Positions 25,946-38,257 of a DNA stretch of 64,000 nucleotides are shown here, in pieces. Made by a program: the position numbers and the translations under genes. The notes beneath the pieces were generated by a model. That model ran no database searches and was not told the DNA's origin. It was given only the letters and a program-made list of their open reading frames with translations. Numbering within the stretch: position 1 is the first letter of the stretch; every line of letters starts with the position of its first letter. Origin of the DNA: Octopus bimaculoides (taxonomy: Eukaryota); the NCBI RefSeq assembly GCF_001194135.2, contig NC_068990.1:52613855-52677854 (forward strand). The letters run 5' to 3'.

Positions 25946-26643
25946 CTAGCAGCTAAGCCCGGTTTCACCCGGTCAGAGAACAACGCGAAGAGAGAAACGA
26001 AGACATAAAAAAGAGGAAGAAGTGGATACGAAGTGGTGTTTGGGCGATGGATTTTGGTAGACAAAAAAGAATGTCATGGTGAGTTAGTAAGGAGAGCAAA
26101 GCAAGACTGGTCTAACATGGGCTGGCAGAACGATGAAAAAATTGCGGAGTTGAAATTAGAGCAGTTGAAGTTGCCGTTGTTATCATTGGAGTGCCTCTTG
26201 GTAGACAACATTCTTCGTCCTTCCCTTGGGTGGACAAATAGAAAGACTATGGGGACAGCCAACGTACAGTTGTGCGTGAGAATACTTGCTCTGTCAGATT
26301 CAAACCAACCGCTTGCACTGATTGTCCCTGCGCCTTGTTGATTGTCATCGGAAAGCAGAGTTTGATGGGAAATTGCATCTGTTTAAACTTGTAGGTCGTA
26401 TCGGAGTGGGTAAGGGACATGGGAATTATAAGTATGTCTTAGTCAGCGGCAGGTTCATTCAAAATTGTTGCCTACAGAACTCGGGAGCACAATTTTTTGA
26501 TAATCATCCGCGTACCATTGCACATTATTGGAGCATCTAAATTCCTTAGCAGCATGATTGGCGTGCCAACTTTCAGATGCAGTTTGTGAGCTGGTAGTTC
26601 TGCGGGTCCCCCCTTTTGTCATATTTGTCATGGGCCGGCCGGT
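25946..26643 (-). mobile_element. Second Helitron: helicase C-terminus and 3' end
   Basis: On -: LHLKVGTPIMLLRNL..MCNGTR, QFPIKLCFPMTINKAQGQS, NVVYQEALQ*. Terminal CCGG-GTGAAA-CCGG hairpin then CTAG|T at 25946. Runs into the gap. Confidence 0.9.
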
Positions 26644-26932
26644 NNNNNNNNNNNNNNNNNNNNNNNNNNNNNNNNNNNNNNNNNNNNNNNNNNNNNNNNN
26701 NNNNNNNNNNNNNNNNNNNNNNNNNNNNNNNNNNNNNNNNNNNNNNNNNNNNNNNNNNNNNNNNNNNNNNNNNNNNNNNNNNNNNNNNNNNNNNNNNNNN
26801 NNNNNNNNNNNNNNNNNNNNNNNNNNNNNNNNNNNNNNNNNNNNNNNNNNNNNNNNNNNNNNNNNNNNNNNNNNNNNNNNNNNNNNNNNNNNNNNNNNNN
26901 NNNNNNNNNNNNNNNNNNNNNNNNNNNNNNNN

Positions 26933-27640
26933 NTTCTAAGTTGTAAATTTTACCCGAGAAATAAAGCAAATAATCACCAAATGCATTGTTAAAAATCTGC
27001 AACTCGATAGCAAATATCTCCAAATTGATTAGAAATGCATAAATTTAATAATAACAATGTTTTTGAGATTCCGGTTTGAATGACACGAGTGTTTTTGTTT
27101 CACTTTTGACACGTAATACTTAAATAGTGGAGGAGATATGATGTTGCTGTGAGCTGGAAGTATGCAAGAAGTAAAAAAATTTTTTTGACTAAAACACAAC
27201 CGGGACCCTAAGTAAGGCATGTGTAAAATTTGAATGAAATTGGTTGTGTAGTTCTGGAGTCTTAGGGATTCACACAGACACACACACACACAGGCAGACA
27301 TACATTCTCAATTTTCTGGCACTTGTGCCCGTGACAGGTGTAAGGATTTTCGAGAGAGATCGTTGCCAGTGCCTCTGGACTGGCCTTCGTGCAGGTGACA
27401 TGTAAAAGCACCCACTACACTCCCTGAGTGGTTGGCGTTAGGAAGGGCATCCAGCTGTAGAAACTCTGCCAAATCAGATTGGAGCCTGGTGTAGCCATCT
27501 GGTTTCACCAGTCCTCAGTCAAATTGTCCAACCCATGCTACCATGGAAAGCGGACGTTAAACGATGATGATGATGATGACGATATATATACACACACACA
27601 GAGACATACATACATTCTCAATTTTATATATATATATATA
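26933..27640 (+). mobile_element. Probable non-autonomous Helitron/DINE-like element, interrupted by an RTE tail
   Basis: AAAATTTGAATGAAATTGGTTG..GTTCTGGAG followed by a (CA)n tract and TTTTATATATA resembles DINE-type ends. Similar segments near 13700 and 51550-51650. Confidence 0.4.
27316..27581 (+). mobile_element. Short 5'-truncated RTE family A tail
   Basis: Conserved 3' terminus ending CGGACGTTAAAC(GAT)n, with a flanking duplication. Confidence 0.9.
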
Positions 27641-27657
27641 TACACACACACATACAG

Positions 27658-27692
<35 letters not shown>

Positions 27693-27704
27693 CATACACA
27701 TTTA

Positions 27705-29300
27705 AGTAAAGTAATTCCATCAGGAATCACTGCTGAGATGCTCTTAGAACCTGGTAGAGTGAGATATGACCTGGTCACCAATGCAATTAATCAGGTTGTC
27801 TACGAGGCAGTCATACCCAACAATTTGTGTAGCAGCATTTGCTACAAAGGCAAGAGCAATGCTCTAGACACAAATAATTACAGAGGCATCAAATTGCTGG
27901 ACTAGGAGATGAGAGTTGCAGAAAAGGTCAGAGCTCAATTAATTAGGAATAGAGTTAGCATAGATGAGATGCAGTTTGGATTTGTGCTAGGGAGAAGCAT
28001 CACCAATGCTATTTTCCTGGTGAGGCAACTGCAGAAGAAGTACTTGGTCAAAAATACACCTCTGCATCTGGCTTTTGTGGACATGGAGAAAGCTTTTGAC
28101 AGCATCTTCCACTCACTCACTCACCTGGGGGGCAATACAGAAGCTAGAGATAGATGACTGGTTGGTGGGAGCTGTACAAGCCATGTACAAGGATATTGTC
28201 AGTAAGGTGAGTGTTGCTAATGAGTATAGCAAAGAGTTTAGTGTACAAATTGGATCTTAGCCCTCTCTTGTTTATCATAGTCCTCCAAGTTATAATGTAC
28301 AAATCACCGATCCTTTAAAGGAGATGGCCCTGCTTGATATGCAGAAAGGATGTCAGGAGAGACTCCATACAGTTTACTCAGTGCAAGCTATGGACACATA
28401 AGAGATGCAGTGATATCACTGGAAGACTAACAAAAAAAATAGTCTTTACATGTAGCAGATGTGCAGGTATATTAAATATCAGGAATAAACAAAAAATAGA
28501 CTTCCTATGTCAGGAAGGATCCCTAGAAGTAGTAGACAATTTCTGTAACTTAGGTGACCAAGTTAATAGTGGGGGAGGTTGTTCTGAAATCATAGCTGCC
28601 AGAATAATAGGCTAGGTGAAGTTAGTAACAAAGAGCCTCTCCCTCAGAGTGAAAGGCAGATTATATGATGCCCTTATATGAACAGCTATGCTACATTGCA
28701 GTGAAATAGACTATGACTGAGGATATGTGAAGGCTTGAAAGAAATGAAGCCTGTATGTTCTGCTGGATGGGTAATGTCAGTGTGCATATATGACAGTGTA
28801 AGTGACTCGAAAGAAAAACAAGGTATACAAGGTATCAGATGTAGTGTGCAAGAGAGAAGACTGTGCTGGTATGGTCATGTAATGCATATGAAGACAGTTG
28901 CATAAAGAGGGAACATGTGGAAGGGGTAAACCCAGGAAGCTGTGGGACAAAGTAGTGAGGAAGCATCTTCAGATGTTGGGCCTCACAGAGGGGATGACAT
29001 GAGACCGAGAAACCTGGCGGTTTGTTGTGCTTGAGGAAACATGCCAAACTAAGTAAAAGCATGGTTGTCATTGCATACAGACCTGTCCCTGCATCCTTCT
29101 CCAGCTGAGCATTCCTAAACTCGTGGGCTCATGGGTGTTGGTGCCACATAAAAAGCACCCATACTAGTGGTGTGTAAAAGCATCCACTACACTCTGTAAA
29201 GTGGTTGGGGTTAGGAAGGGCAAAAACAGACATAGAGCCTGGGCAGCTGGCCAGCTCCTGTCAAACCATTCAACCCATGCATGCTAAGCAGTGTTGATGT
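27705..29300 (+). mobile_element. RTE family A RT region plus 3' UTR, decayed
   Basis: NNYRGIKLLD, MQFGFV.GRS, LAFVDMEKAFD. Confidence 0.88.
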
Positions 29301-29337
29301 ATGCATGCATAGACACATGTATACACATACATATAAA

Positions 29338-29640
29338 TCATCATCATCATCATTTAGTGTCTGTTCTCCATGCTGGCATGGGTTGGACAGTTTGATCAGG
29401 GCTGGTAAGTTGAGGGGCTGCACCAGACTCCACTACAATTTGGCATGGTTTCTATGGCTGGATGCTCTTCCTAACACCAACCACTCTGAGAGTGTAATGG
29501 GTGCTTTTATGTGCCAGTTTGCGTGACACCAGTATCTGCTACAACTGATTTCACTTGGCTTGATGGGTCTTCTCAAACACAAAATATTGGAAAGGTTTTG
29601 GTCATTTGTCATTGCCAAGATATTTTGAACATATGGATAT
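29338..29640 (-). mobile_element. RTE family A tail
   Basis: (CAT)n followed by CCATGCTGGCATGG and GGATGCTCTTCCTAACACCAACCAC. Confidence 0.8.
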
Positions 29641-29709
29641 NNNNNNNNNNNNNNNNNNNNNNNNNNNNNNNNNNNNNNNNNNNNNNNNNNNNNNNNNNNN
29701 NNNNNNNNN

Positions 29710-29760
<51 letters not shown>

Positions 29761-30183
29761 ATATGTGCACACACATACACCCATATGTATGCACACACAT
29801 CCACATGCACGCGTGCAGTCATACGTATACACACACCTGTTGCTGCCCTTCATGTCAGTCTATAGCCATTTCCAAGCTTGACTTTTACATGAACTTTACA
29901 ACAGCCAAACCTGAGAGCATCAAAGCGATGACATTGTTTTACATCTTAAAACACACAATGCCAACATGCAGAGGGTAACACACATCATTTTGTGGTCATT
30001 TTTGTATGCTTGCATGTGTCAGGTGTGTGTGCATTTCAAACTTCTACACACAATAGGTTTCCATACAGCTTTTTGCCATCAGTTTCACTCATAAACCATT
30101 GGTCCAACCAGTGCCATAGTGGAAGACACTTGCTGTCCACAGTGCCTGGAACTAAACCCTATAACATTTTAAAAATAACTCAC

Positions 30184-30283
30184 CTGCTTGTACTCCTGCT
30201 GGTAAGTACTTCAGGTGACACATATTGAGCAGTGCCAACAAAAGACTTCCGGCGCTGAGAATGGCGGTTCTCCTTGCTGCCAT
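30184..30283 (-). CDS. PDPK1: PDK1 exon, 100 nt (DGSKENRHSQRRKSFVGTAQYVSPEVLTSRSTS)
   Basis: SFVGTAQYVSPE is the PDK1 activation loop (Ser241 equivalent). Acceptor TTTTTCTAG, donor GTGAGT, ends in phase 2. Confidence 0.97.
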
Positions 30284-30609
30284 CTAGAAAAATAAAATGA
30301 TTTTTGTCTGTAATTATTGCAATATGGTTTCTTTGGTCACAAGAAGTTTCAATATATTTACCATTCCATATTACTGAATCTGAAAGACTAAAATCTTCCT
30401 TGGTAGGATGTGAATTCAGAAATACCTTCCACCAAAAAAAAAACAAATCAAATTTAAATTGGCAGACAAACATTAAACATCATAATAGCAGTAAAATCCT
30501 TGCTCTATTCCAACATTATATAACATTCAGAAGACAAGCACTGACTAGAACAATCTTGTTTGTTTCTGTTCATTCTAGACAAGTGACAACAATAATAATT
30601 CACATTTAC

Positions 30610-30728
30610 CTGTGTTGGTATCTTCTTTATCTACATTCTCATCCTTCCCTAAGATTTTAGCTGATCCAAAGTCTGTGATCTGTATATGCATTTTTTCATT
30701 AAGTAATATATTTTCAGGTTTCAAATCC
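30610..30728 (-). CDS. PDPK1: PDK1 exon, 119 nt ([39 protein letters not shown])
   Basis: Catalytic loop DLKPEN and DFG. Acceptor ATATTTTAG, donor GTAAAT. Confidence 0.97.
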
Positions 30729-33403
30729 CTAAAATATTAAAACAAAATATCACAGAAAGTAAAATAATTCCACTGACTGTTTTTTTTTTTAAATTCTCTC
30801 TACAAAAAGCAAGTAGGCCTAACAAGATATACTAAAGCTATCTTGACCACAACAATTAGTAGTGTCTGCACTAAACTTTAGCATTAAATGGATGGGAAAT
30901 AAATCTTCTAGAAAGGATACTGGTTTATTTCAGCAAATATTTGCAGAATGAACCCCACTAGTATAAAGTAATGAACCAGCATAGCGCCATAACATGCACT
31001 GGTGAGCAACAATGCCTGTGGTACCAATTTTGAGTTAGGTGGAAAGATTAGGAGTATGTTAGCTTATTTAAAATTGCAATATCAATGATAAGACTAATGT
31101 TGATCCTTTGGCTAGTTGACTAATACCTTTATTGGCTTGACAACCTACACTTGCTGAAATGATTACATGGGCTGAATATTTCAAATAGCGACTAAATTAG
31201 TACTTGTCAGATTAAGCACTGATGAGAACTACCTTTCTCAATATGATGTGATTAGAACCAATTACAATGGAGTACCTTTCATATCCAGAATAGATATGGT
31301 TTGGTTCAACCAAACCATTACGTTTCTTTAACTGTTACATCCTTACTGTCAACACATTCATCCATATCAATATGTACAATACTTCCTATCCTAAACCACA
31401 TTCTAACTTTAACTAGATTAGATCAACAGCAGTTTAATGTCTACTTTCATGCTTGCATAGATCAGATGGAATTTGCCAAGGCAGGTTTTCTATGGCTGGA
31501 TACCCTTCCTGACACCAATTATCACCAGTTTCCAAGCAAAGTAATATTTCCCAAGGGCTGGACATGCTTTCACAGAAGATTAGAAGTAAAGGATCTGCTG
31601 GAATCAAAATGATGCTTGTTTGCAACAATTGTGCAATATTAAAACAAGCACACCTAAACACTCACCCAGACACACACACAATTACACATATATGATGGGC
31701 TACAGTTTCTGTCAACCATATCTGCTCATAAGGCTTTGGTTAACCTGGGCTATAGAAAATACTTGTCCAAAGTACCATGAATGGGACTGAACCTGAAACC
31801 TATGTGGTTGAACAATGTATTTGGCAAAACCTTAAGTCTTTACAAAATTTACAATAAATTGGATTTTACTCTTAGTGTAGAGTCTTCCCATCAGCATATG
31901 TTTTGTTGATATTTAAAATAATGACAATTTAACACACATACACCCTTAAGTGTTTCATAAGTCTATCAGATTCATTTTTTCCCCTCTAGAACTTACTTAA
32001 AGCTACTGCTTTAAACATGGAACATCCCTTGTATGTGTGTGTAGATACGAATGTATATAAATGAAACACTGGCACATGTAAGATCTTGTATAGAAAAATA
32101 TCTTAATGAATTAATTAGGCCTCTTTACATTTAGAAATTAAGTAGTCTTTGTTACCACAGGTAAATATATAATCCTTAAAGATTTGTATCAGGTCTCTAA
32201 CAGAAAACATTGGAATGATAAATTTTGTAATGTGCTTTAATTCAAAGGAAACGGGATGATGCGATAACATTGTATATTTTTATATTTATTCCTTAATGTT
32301 GTAGAATGTATTTCCATAGTCGAAATGACAGCTATCAGACAAAATACCATTTACATCTAGTTATGTTCTTTTACATTTTATGTTCAAACCCTACAAAGGG
32401 TTTTTAACCTCTTAAGTCAATAAAATAATGAGTAGTTTAAGTACTTTGAAATAGACAGTTCAATGCTTCAGAAATTTGTTGTTTTATACCAAAGTTGAAA
32501 AAGGAGAAGATAACTTTTTAATCTATCAAAGTTTTCTAGTATGAATCTAGCTTGGGATATCCAAGTACATATCCAGAAATAAGACACCTCATTATGATAG
32601 TGCACCAAAGTGATTGAGAGGTAGAAAAATTATATTCTTAGTATTTCAATAGGTTTATAAGTTTATGTAGATTTTTTTTCTTTCTCTTTTTAAATCTTTT
32701 GCAGACTTCATTCAGTTATGCAACCCCATCTTCAGAAAACTTGCATCAACAAAAGCGGAAGTAAAATTGCAAGAAATTGTGAAAATATTAATGTCAAACA
32801 ATCATTTAATGTCCATGATATTAAACAAGTATCATCACCAATGTCATCATGTAATGTCTGTTTTTCATGCTGGCATGTATTGGATCGTTTGACAGAATCT
32901 GATGGGCCCAAGGATTGCAATATGCTCCAGTATCTGCTTTGGAATGGTTTCTGTAACTGGATACCCTTCCTAATGCCACTCACTTTACAGTATATATTGA
33001 GTGCTTTTTTCATGTTACCAGTGTAAATGAAGTCACTACACAGCTTTACATTAGGAGATGAGTAAAGATGAGAGAAAGATCCAAAGCAGAACAGGTTTCT
33101 TGCTTACAGGACCTTACATGACTAAAACACATTTTAGAAAAGAGGGTGAAAGTGATTTGATGTAACTGTAAAGAGATGAAACCATGTGTCAGGTGGACCC
33201 TCAAAGGTATGAGGTGGGTAGAATTGAGTAGGGACAGGGATGTGGGTAGGTGAAGGCGGCAAGAAAGTATAGGGGGAGGGGAGGCAGGCAAATTGATTTT
33301 GTAAGCTTTTCATTCAACAATTCCAAGAAGAGACTGACAAAGTTATGGATTTCTATATTCTTGCATGGAATACAATACACACAAATATAGAATATAAACA
33401 AAC

Positions 33404-33548
33404 CTGTGAATGATCCCTAAACCATTAAGATATTCCAGTGCAGTGACAATCTCTGCTGAGTAGAAGCAAGTGCTTTTCTCATCAAATGAGGATAATTTCC
33501 GCAAGTAATCCAATAGTTCTCCTCTACGAGCATAGCTGAGAACAAAAT
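33404..33548 (-). CDS. PDPK1: PDK1 exon, 145 nt (YFVLSYARRGELLDYLRKLSSFDEKSTCFYSAEIVTALEYLNGLGIIHR)
   Basis: Hinge, alphaE and HR of HRD. Acceptor TTTTACTCTAG, donor GTTTGT. Phase 1 to 2. Confidence 0.96.
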
Positions 33549-34877
33549 CTAGAGTAAAATTAAGGAAGATTATTGTAGATTACTTAAATTCAAGAATTTA
33601 AACAATTTAAATCTGATGTGTGTGTATACAATTATGGTGTATATCATGATAATCTTTCAAAGTCTACTTTTCCATGCAAGCATGGGTCAGACAAGATTTA
33701 AGGCAGACTTTCTTAACTGGATGCTGTTCCTGTCTCCAATCCCTACTTGCTTCCATGTAAGAAAATATTTTCCCATAGCTAGCTAGACATGTTTTGCATA
33801 GAAGGCTGGAAACAAACAATCATCCTTGTAATGTTAGACAGGGGCACAGTTTCCACCAAATAAATCCACTCACTAGACTTTGGTTGGTCTGGGGCTCTAG
33901 TAAAATACATGAAAGGTGTCACACAATAGAGCAGAACCCAAGACTGCATAGTTAGGAAACAAGCTTCTTAAGCACACAGCCACATCAGCATGTATGTGTG
34001 TGATCATAATTTAATGTCAGTCTTCCATGCTGGAATGGGTTGGGGGCTTGACAGAAGCTGGCAAGGCCAAGGGCCACACCAGGTTCCATAGTCTGTTTTG
34101 GCTTGGTTTCTACAACTGGAACCCCTTCCTAAAGCCAGTCACTTTACATTGTATACTTGGTGCTTTTTACACAGCACCAGTACCAGTTTTTTACATGGCA
34201 CCTTGGTTTTAGGATCTCAATTCTGTTGTTGTGGGTATTCTTGAGTACAGCAATGCACTACACCAGCCCTCTGTCACCTTATTTTTAAGGCTCAGTGTTT
34301 TAAGATTGGCCTTCAATATTTTGGCCCATGTTTTCCTGGGTCTCCCTCTTCCACACCTTCCATCCATTTCAAGTGATTGGCACTTCTTTATGCATTAAGT
34401 GATTGGCATGTGCACACACACCACAATGTCTTTTCCATATTTACTGTCCAAGCAGTGTATATAATGCATTCAATAGATGCTTTTACAATAAAAGATATTC
34501 TTTCCATAGAAAAGTTCCTGATTAATGATCATATACTGAATCAAAGATGTAATGTTTTATCACCATTAAACAACTAGACCAAACAGCTGAATGGATTATT
34601 GAAATCCAAGTTCAAAGGTCTCTATTTCAAATCCTCTTTAAGCTTTCATTGTATATGTAGGTTGTAACATCTATACACCTCAGTTTGTTAGTTACTATCA
34701 GATCACCTGGAAATGCCAAATGGAATAAACTGGCATCCTAGTCAGAGAATTTTAAGGGTTTACTTTGTAATCTTTTATTAAAATGACTTCTTAACTAGCT
34801 TCTTGTTTGTTGGCTCTGATTTCTGGATTTCTGGATTCAAACTTGATCAAGTATATTTTTCACTCATACCCATAGTA

Positions 34878-37240
34878 CTCATCATCATCTGCTTTCCATG
34901 CTGGCATGGGTTGAGCGATATGACTGAGGACAGGTGAGCCAGAAGGCTGTACCTGACTCCAATCTGATCTGGCAAAGTTTCTACAGCTGGATGCCCTTCC
35001 TAACACCAACCACTCCGAGAGTGTAGTGGGTGCTTTTACATGCCATTGACACAAGGACCAGTCAGGCGGTTCTGGCAATGACCACACTCAAAAGGTATTT
35101 TTTACATGTTACCTGCACAGGAACCAGTCTGGCGGCAATGGCAACAACCATGCTCAAATGCTGTTTCTCACGTGCCAATGAAGCGATGCTTACAACGATC
35201 ACGCTTGAATGGTGCTTTTTACGTGCCATCGGCATGGGAGCCAATCTGCAGCCTTGTCAACGGTCAAGCTCAGGTCTGCTTTTAACGTTCCACTGGCATG
35301 AGTGCCAATCAGGTGGTACTGTCATCGGTCACGTCAGCGATTTTGATTTCACTTGCCTCAATAGGTCTTTGCAAGCAAAGTTTATTGTCCAATGAATGAG
35401 GGGTACTCATAAGTGGGCTGGCTACACTCACTGGCATAAGCCATGGTCTCACTTGGCTTGTTGGGTCTTCTCAAGCACAGCATATTGTCAAAGGTCTCAG
35501 TCACTATTCATTGCCTCGGTATGGCCCAATGTTCGAAGGTCGTGCTTCACCAGCTTATCCCAGGTTCTCCTGGGTCTACCTCTTCTACAGGTTCCCTGAA
35601 CTGCTAGAGTGTGATACTTTTTCACACAGCTGTCCTCATTCATTCGCAACACACGACCATACCAGCGCAGTTGTCTCTCTTACACACCACAACTGATGCT
35701 TCTTAAATCCAACTTTTCTCTCAGGGCGCTTACACTCTGTCGTGTATGCACATTGACATTACACATCCAGAGGTGCATACTGGCTTCATCCCTTGCAAGC
35801 TTATGCATGTCCTCAGCAATCATGGCCCATGTTTCACTGTCATGTAGCATGGTTGTTCGTACATGTATCATACAGTCTACCTTTTACTCTGAGGCCCTTT
35901 GTCACCAGCAGAGGTAGGAGCTGTCTGAACTTTGCCCAGGCTATTCTTATTCTAGCAGCTACACTTTCAGAGCATCTACCCCTGCTACTGACTTGGTCCC
36001 CTAGGTAACAGAAGCTATTAACTACATGTAGTTTTTCTCCCTGGAATGTGACAGAAGCTGTTCTCTGCACATTTTCAATGTTTATAGCACCTGAGCATTT
36101 ACCACACACAAAAACTATCTTCCCAGTCAGCCTTCCTTTGATATTGCTGCACCTCTTATGTGACCATAGCTTACACTGGGTACATCTTATGGAGTTTTTA
36201 CCTACGCCTTTTCTACAGATTGAGCACGGCCATCTACCTGAAGGGATCTGTGGTTTGTTTGCCTTCCTACTTATTAAGACTTTGGTTTTAGCTAAGTTGA
36301 CTCTAAGGCCCTTCGATTCTAATCCTTGCTTCCACACCTGAAACTTTTTCTAGTTCTGATAGTAACACAGCAATTAGAGCAAGGTCATCAGCATAGAGGA
36401 GCTCCCAGGGGCATTCTATCTTGAATTCTTCTGTTATTGCCTGGAGGACTATGATGAATAAGAGAGGGCTGAGGATTGATCCTTGGACCCGTACCCCTAC
36501 CCGGAATTCTTCACTGTACTCGTTGCCAACACTCACCTTACTGACAGCGTCTCTGTACATAGCTCGCACAGCTCTCACTAACCATTCATGTATCCCTAGT
36601 TTCCTCATTGACCACCAGATAAGGGATCAGGGGACCCTGTCAAAGGCTTTCTCCATGTCAACGAAAGCCAGGTACAGAGGTTTATCTTTGGCTAGGTATT
36701 TATCCTGCAGCTGTCTTACCAGACTGACTCTCTCCCTAATTAGTTGGGTTATGACCATCTCGGTGACCTTCATTACCTGATCCAACAACTTGATACCTCT
36801 GTAATTATTTGTATCTAAAGAGTCACCTTTACCTTTGTAGCAGTTGACTATGGTGCTGCTACACCAGTCAGTGGGTATGATTTCTTTATGTATCACCTAG
36901 TTAACTATATAAGTGACTAGACTATAGCTGACACTGCCAGATATTTTGAGCATCTCTGCGGTGATTCCTGATGGGCTGGGGGCTTTCCCCGTCTTCATAC
37001 CCTTAATTGCTTTATCTACCAAGATATTGTCAATTCAGATAGCTGGTCCCTCTGTTGGGTTGGCATTCGGCAGACTCTCTTTCTCCCATTCAGTCTCTTT
37101 ATTTAGCTACCTTTCATAGTGGCGTCTCCAAACCTCTCACTTTGCAGCCTCGTTTAATGCAAGTGAACCATCATCCATGCAGACACATTTCTCTCCTACG
37201 ACATCATGATTCTCTCTCACACACTGTCTTGCAACACAAA
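34878..37240 (-). mobile_element. RTE family A, RT to tail; among the best-preserved copies
   Basis: ORFs 36627-36896, 36303-36608 (LLYADD) and 35840-36337 (CSICRKGVG..CTQCKLW.HK.C). Frameshifted. Confidence 0.93.
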
Positions 37241-38119
37241 GATGAAATAAGTAGCACTATTGTATTAGGTTAGGTTAAATAAAACCTAACAGGTCATAAA
37301 AAGAAAGAAATAAGGATCACATATATGAAGTAATCTTTATTTCTTTCTTCTGAGATATGTAGACATACATGAACAATCAATGAAAATTTATGTTTATATC
37401 TCTCACTCTCTCCTACATTAATAATAGTACAAGTGTTGGTTCTGATTTTACTGGCCCAAAATTTTTATAAACCTCACACAATATAGAATGACAAAACCAT
37501 CAATTGGAAAGAAAGAACTAAATATTTTTGAAAAGGTTTAAAAAACAAAGTCAATTTAATGAATAAGTTTCTTAATGTTTAACTATGTGTTAGTAACTGT
37601 GTGTTAGATATTTTCTATGATTAAATGGTCATTTGACACTTAAAAATCTTTTACATTGTTATGTTGCATCTATTTATTTTGGAGAAACTTCATGGATTGC
37701 CTTTGGCATAACTGAACAAGTTTCCTTAGGAGACAAAAAGTACAAGACTATTGGAGGTTGAAGCAAGTAAAAAGATACTATAACATGTCAGTAAGATGAA
37801 GCCCAGGGTCAGAATCATTATAAAGGAATGGTAAGAAAGATAGTGAGAAGTAATGGATTGTGTAAAACAGAGTGATGAGATAATGGAAGATAGAAGAGAT
37901 GACAAATGAGAATTATGATTAATGGTACAAAAAGAACTAGAAAAGTTAGCCAATCAAAGTAGATAACAGGCATCATCGTTATTTCAATGGAGTAATGTAC
38001 ATTAGAGGGAATGTTGAGAAATTAGAGAAGTGAAAATGTAGAGAGAGAGGATGGATTCATGAAACAATAACTATATCGCAAGAAGTAGTAGCTAGGGTTA
38101 TCACATTATTGAAGGATAC

Positions 38120-38257
38120 ATAATCTGTCAGTGTCTTGAAAGGTATAGTACAACCGTATAAAAAATGGATGGTTGATTCTGGCCAACACTTCTTTTTCTC
38201 TCATAACATATTGCGTTTTTTTCTCTCGTAGGATGTGCTTTTTCTCCAACACTTTGA
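38120..38257 (-). CDS. PDPK1: PDK1 exon, 138 nt (IKVLEKKHILREKKTQYVMREKEVLARINHPFFIRLYYTFQDTDRL)
   Basis: Contains the catalytic Lys, alphaC Glu and HPFF. Acceptor TTCCTTTTCAG, donor GTATCC. Phases fit. Confidence 0.96.

Noticed and set aside
31219-31250. CTGATGAG followed by a short stem, resembling a hammerhead core
   Set aside because: No GAAA after the stem and no stems I or III.
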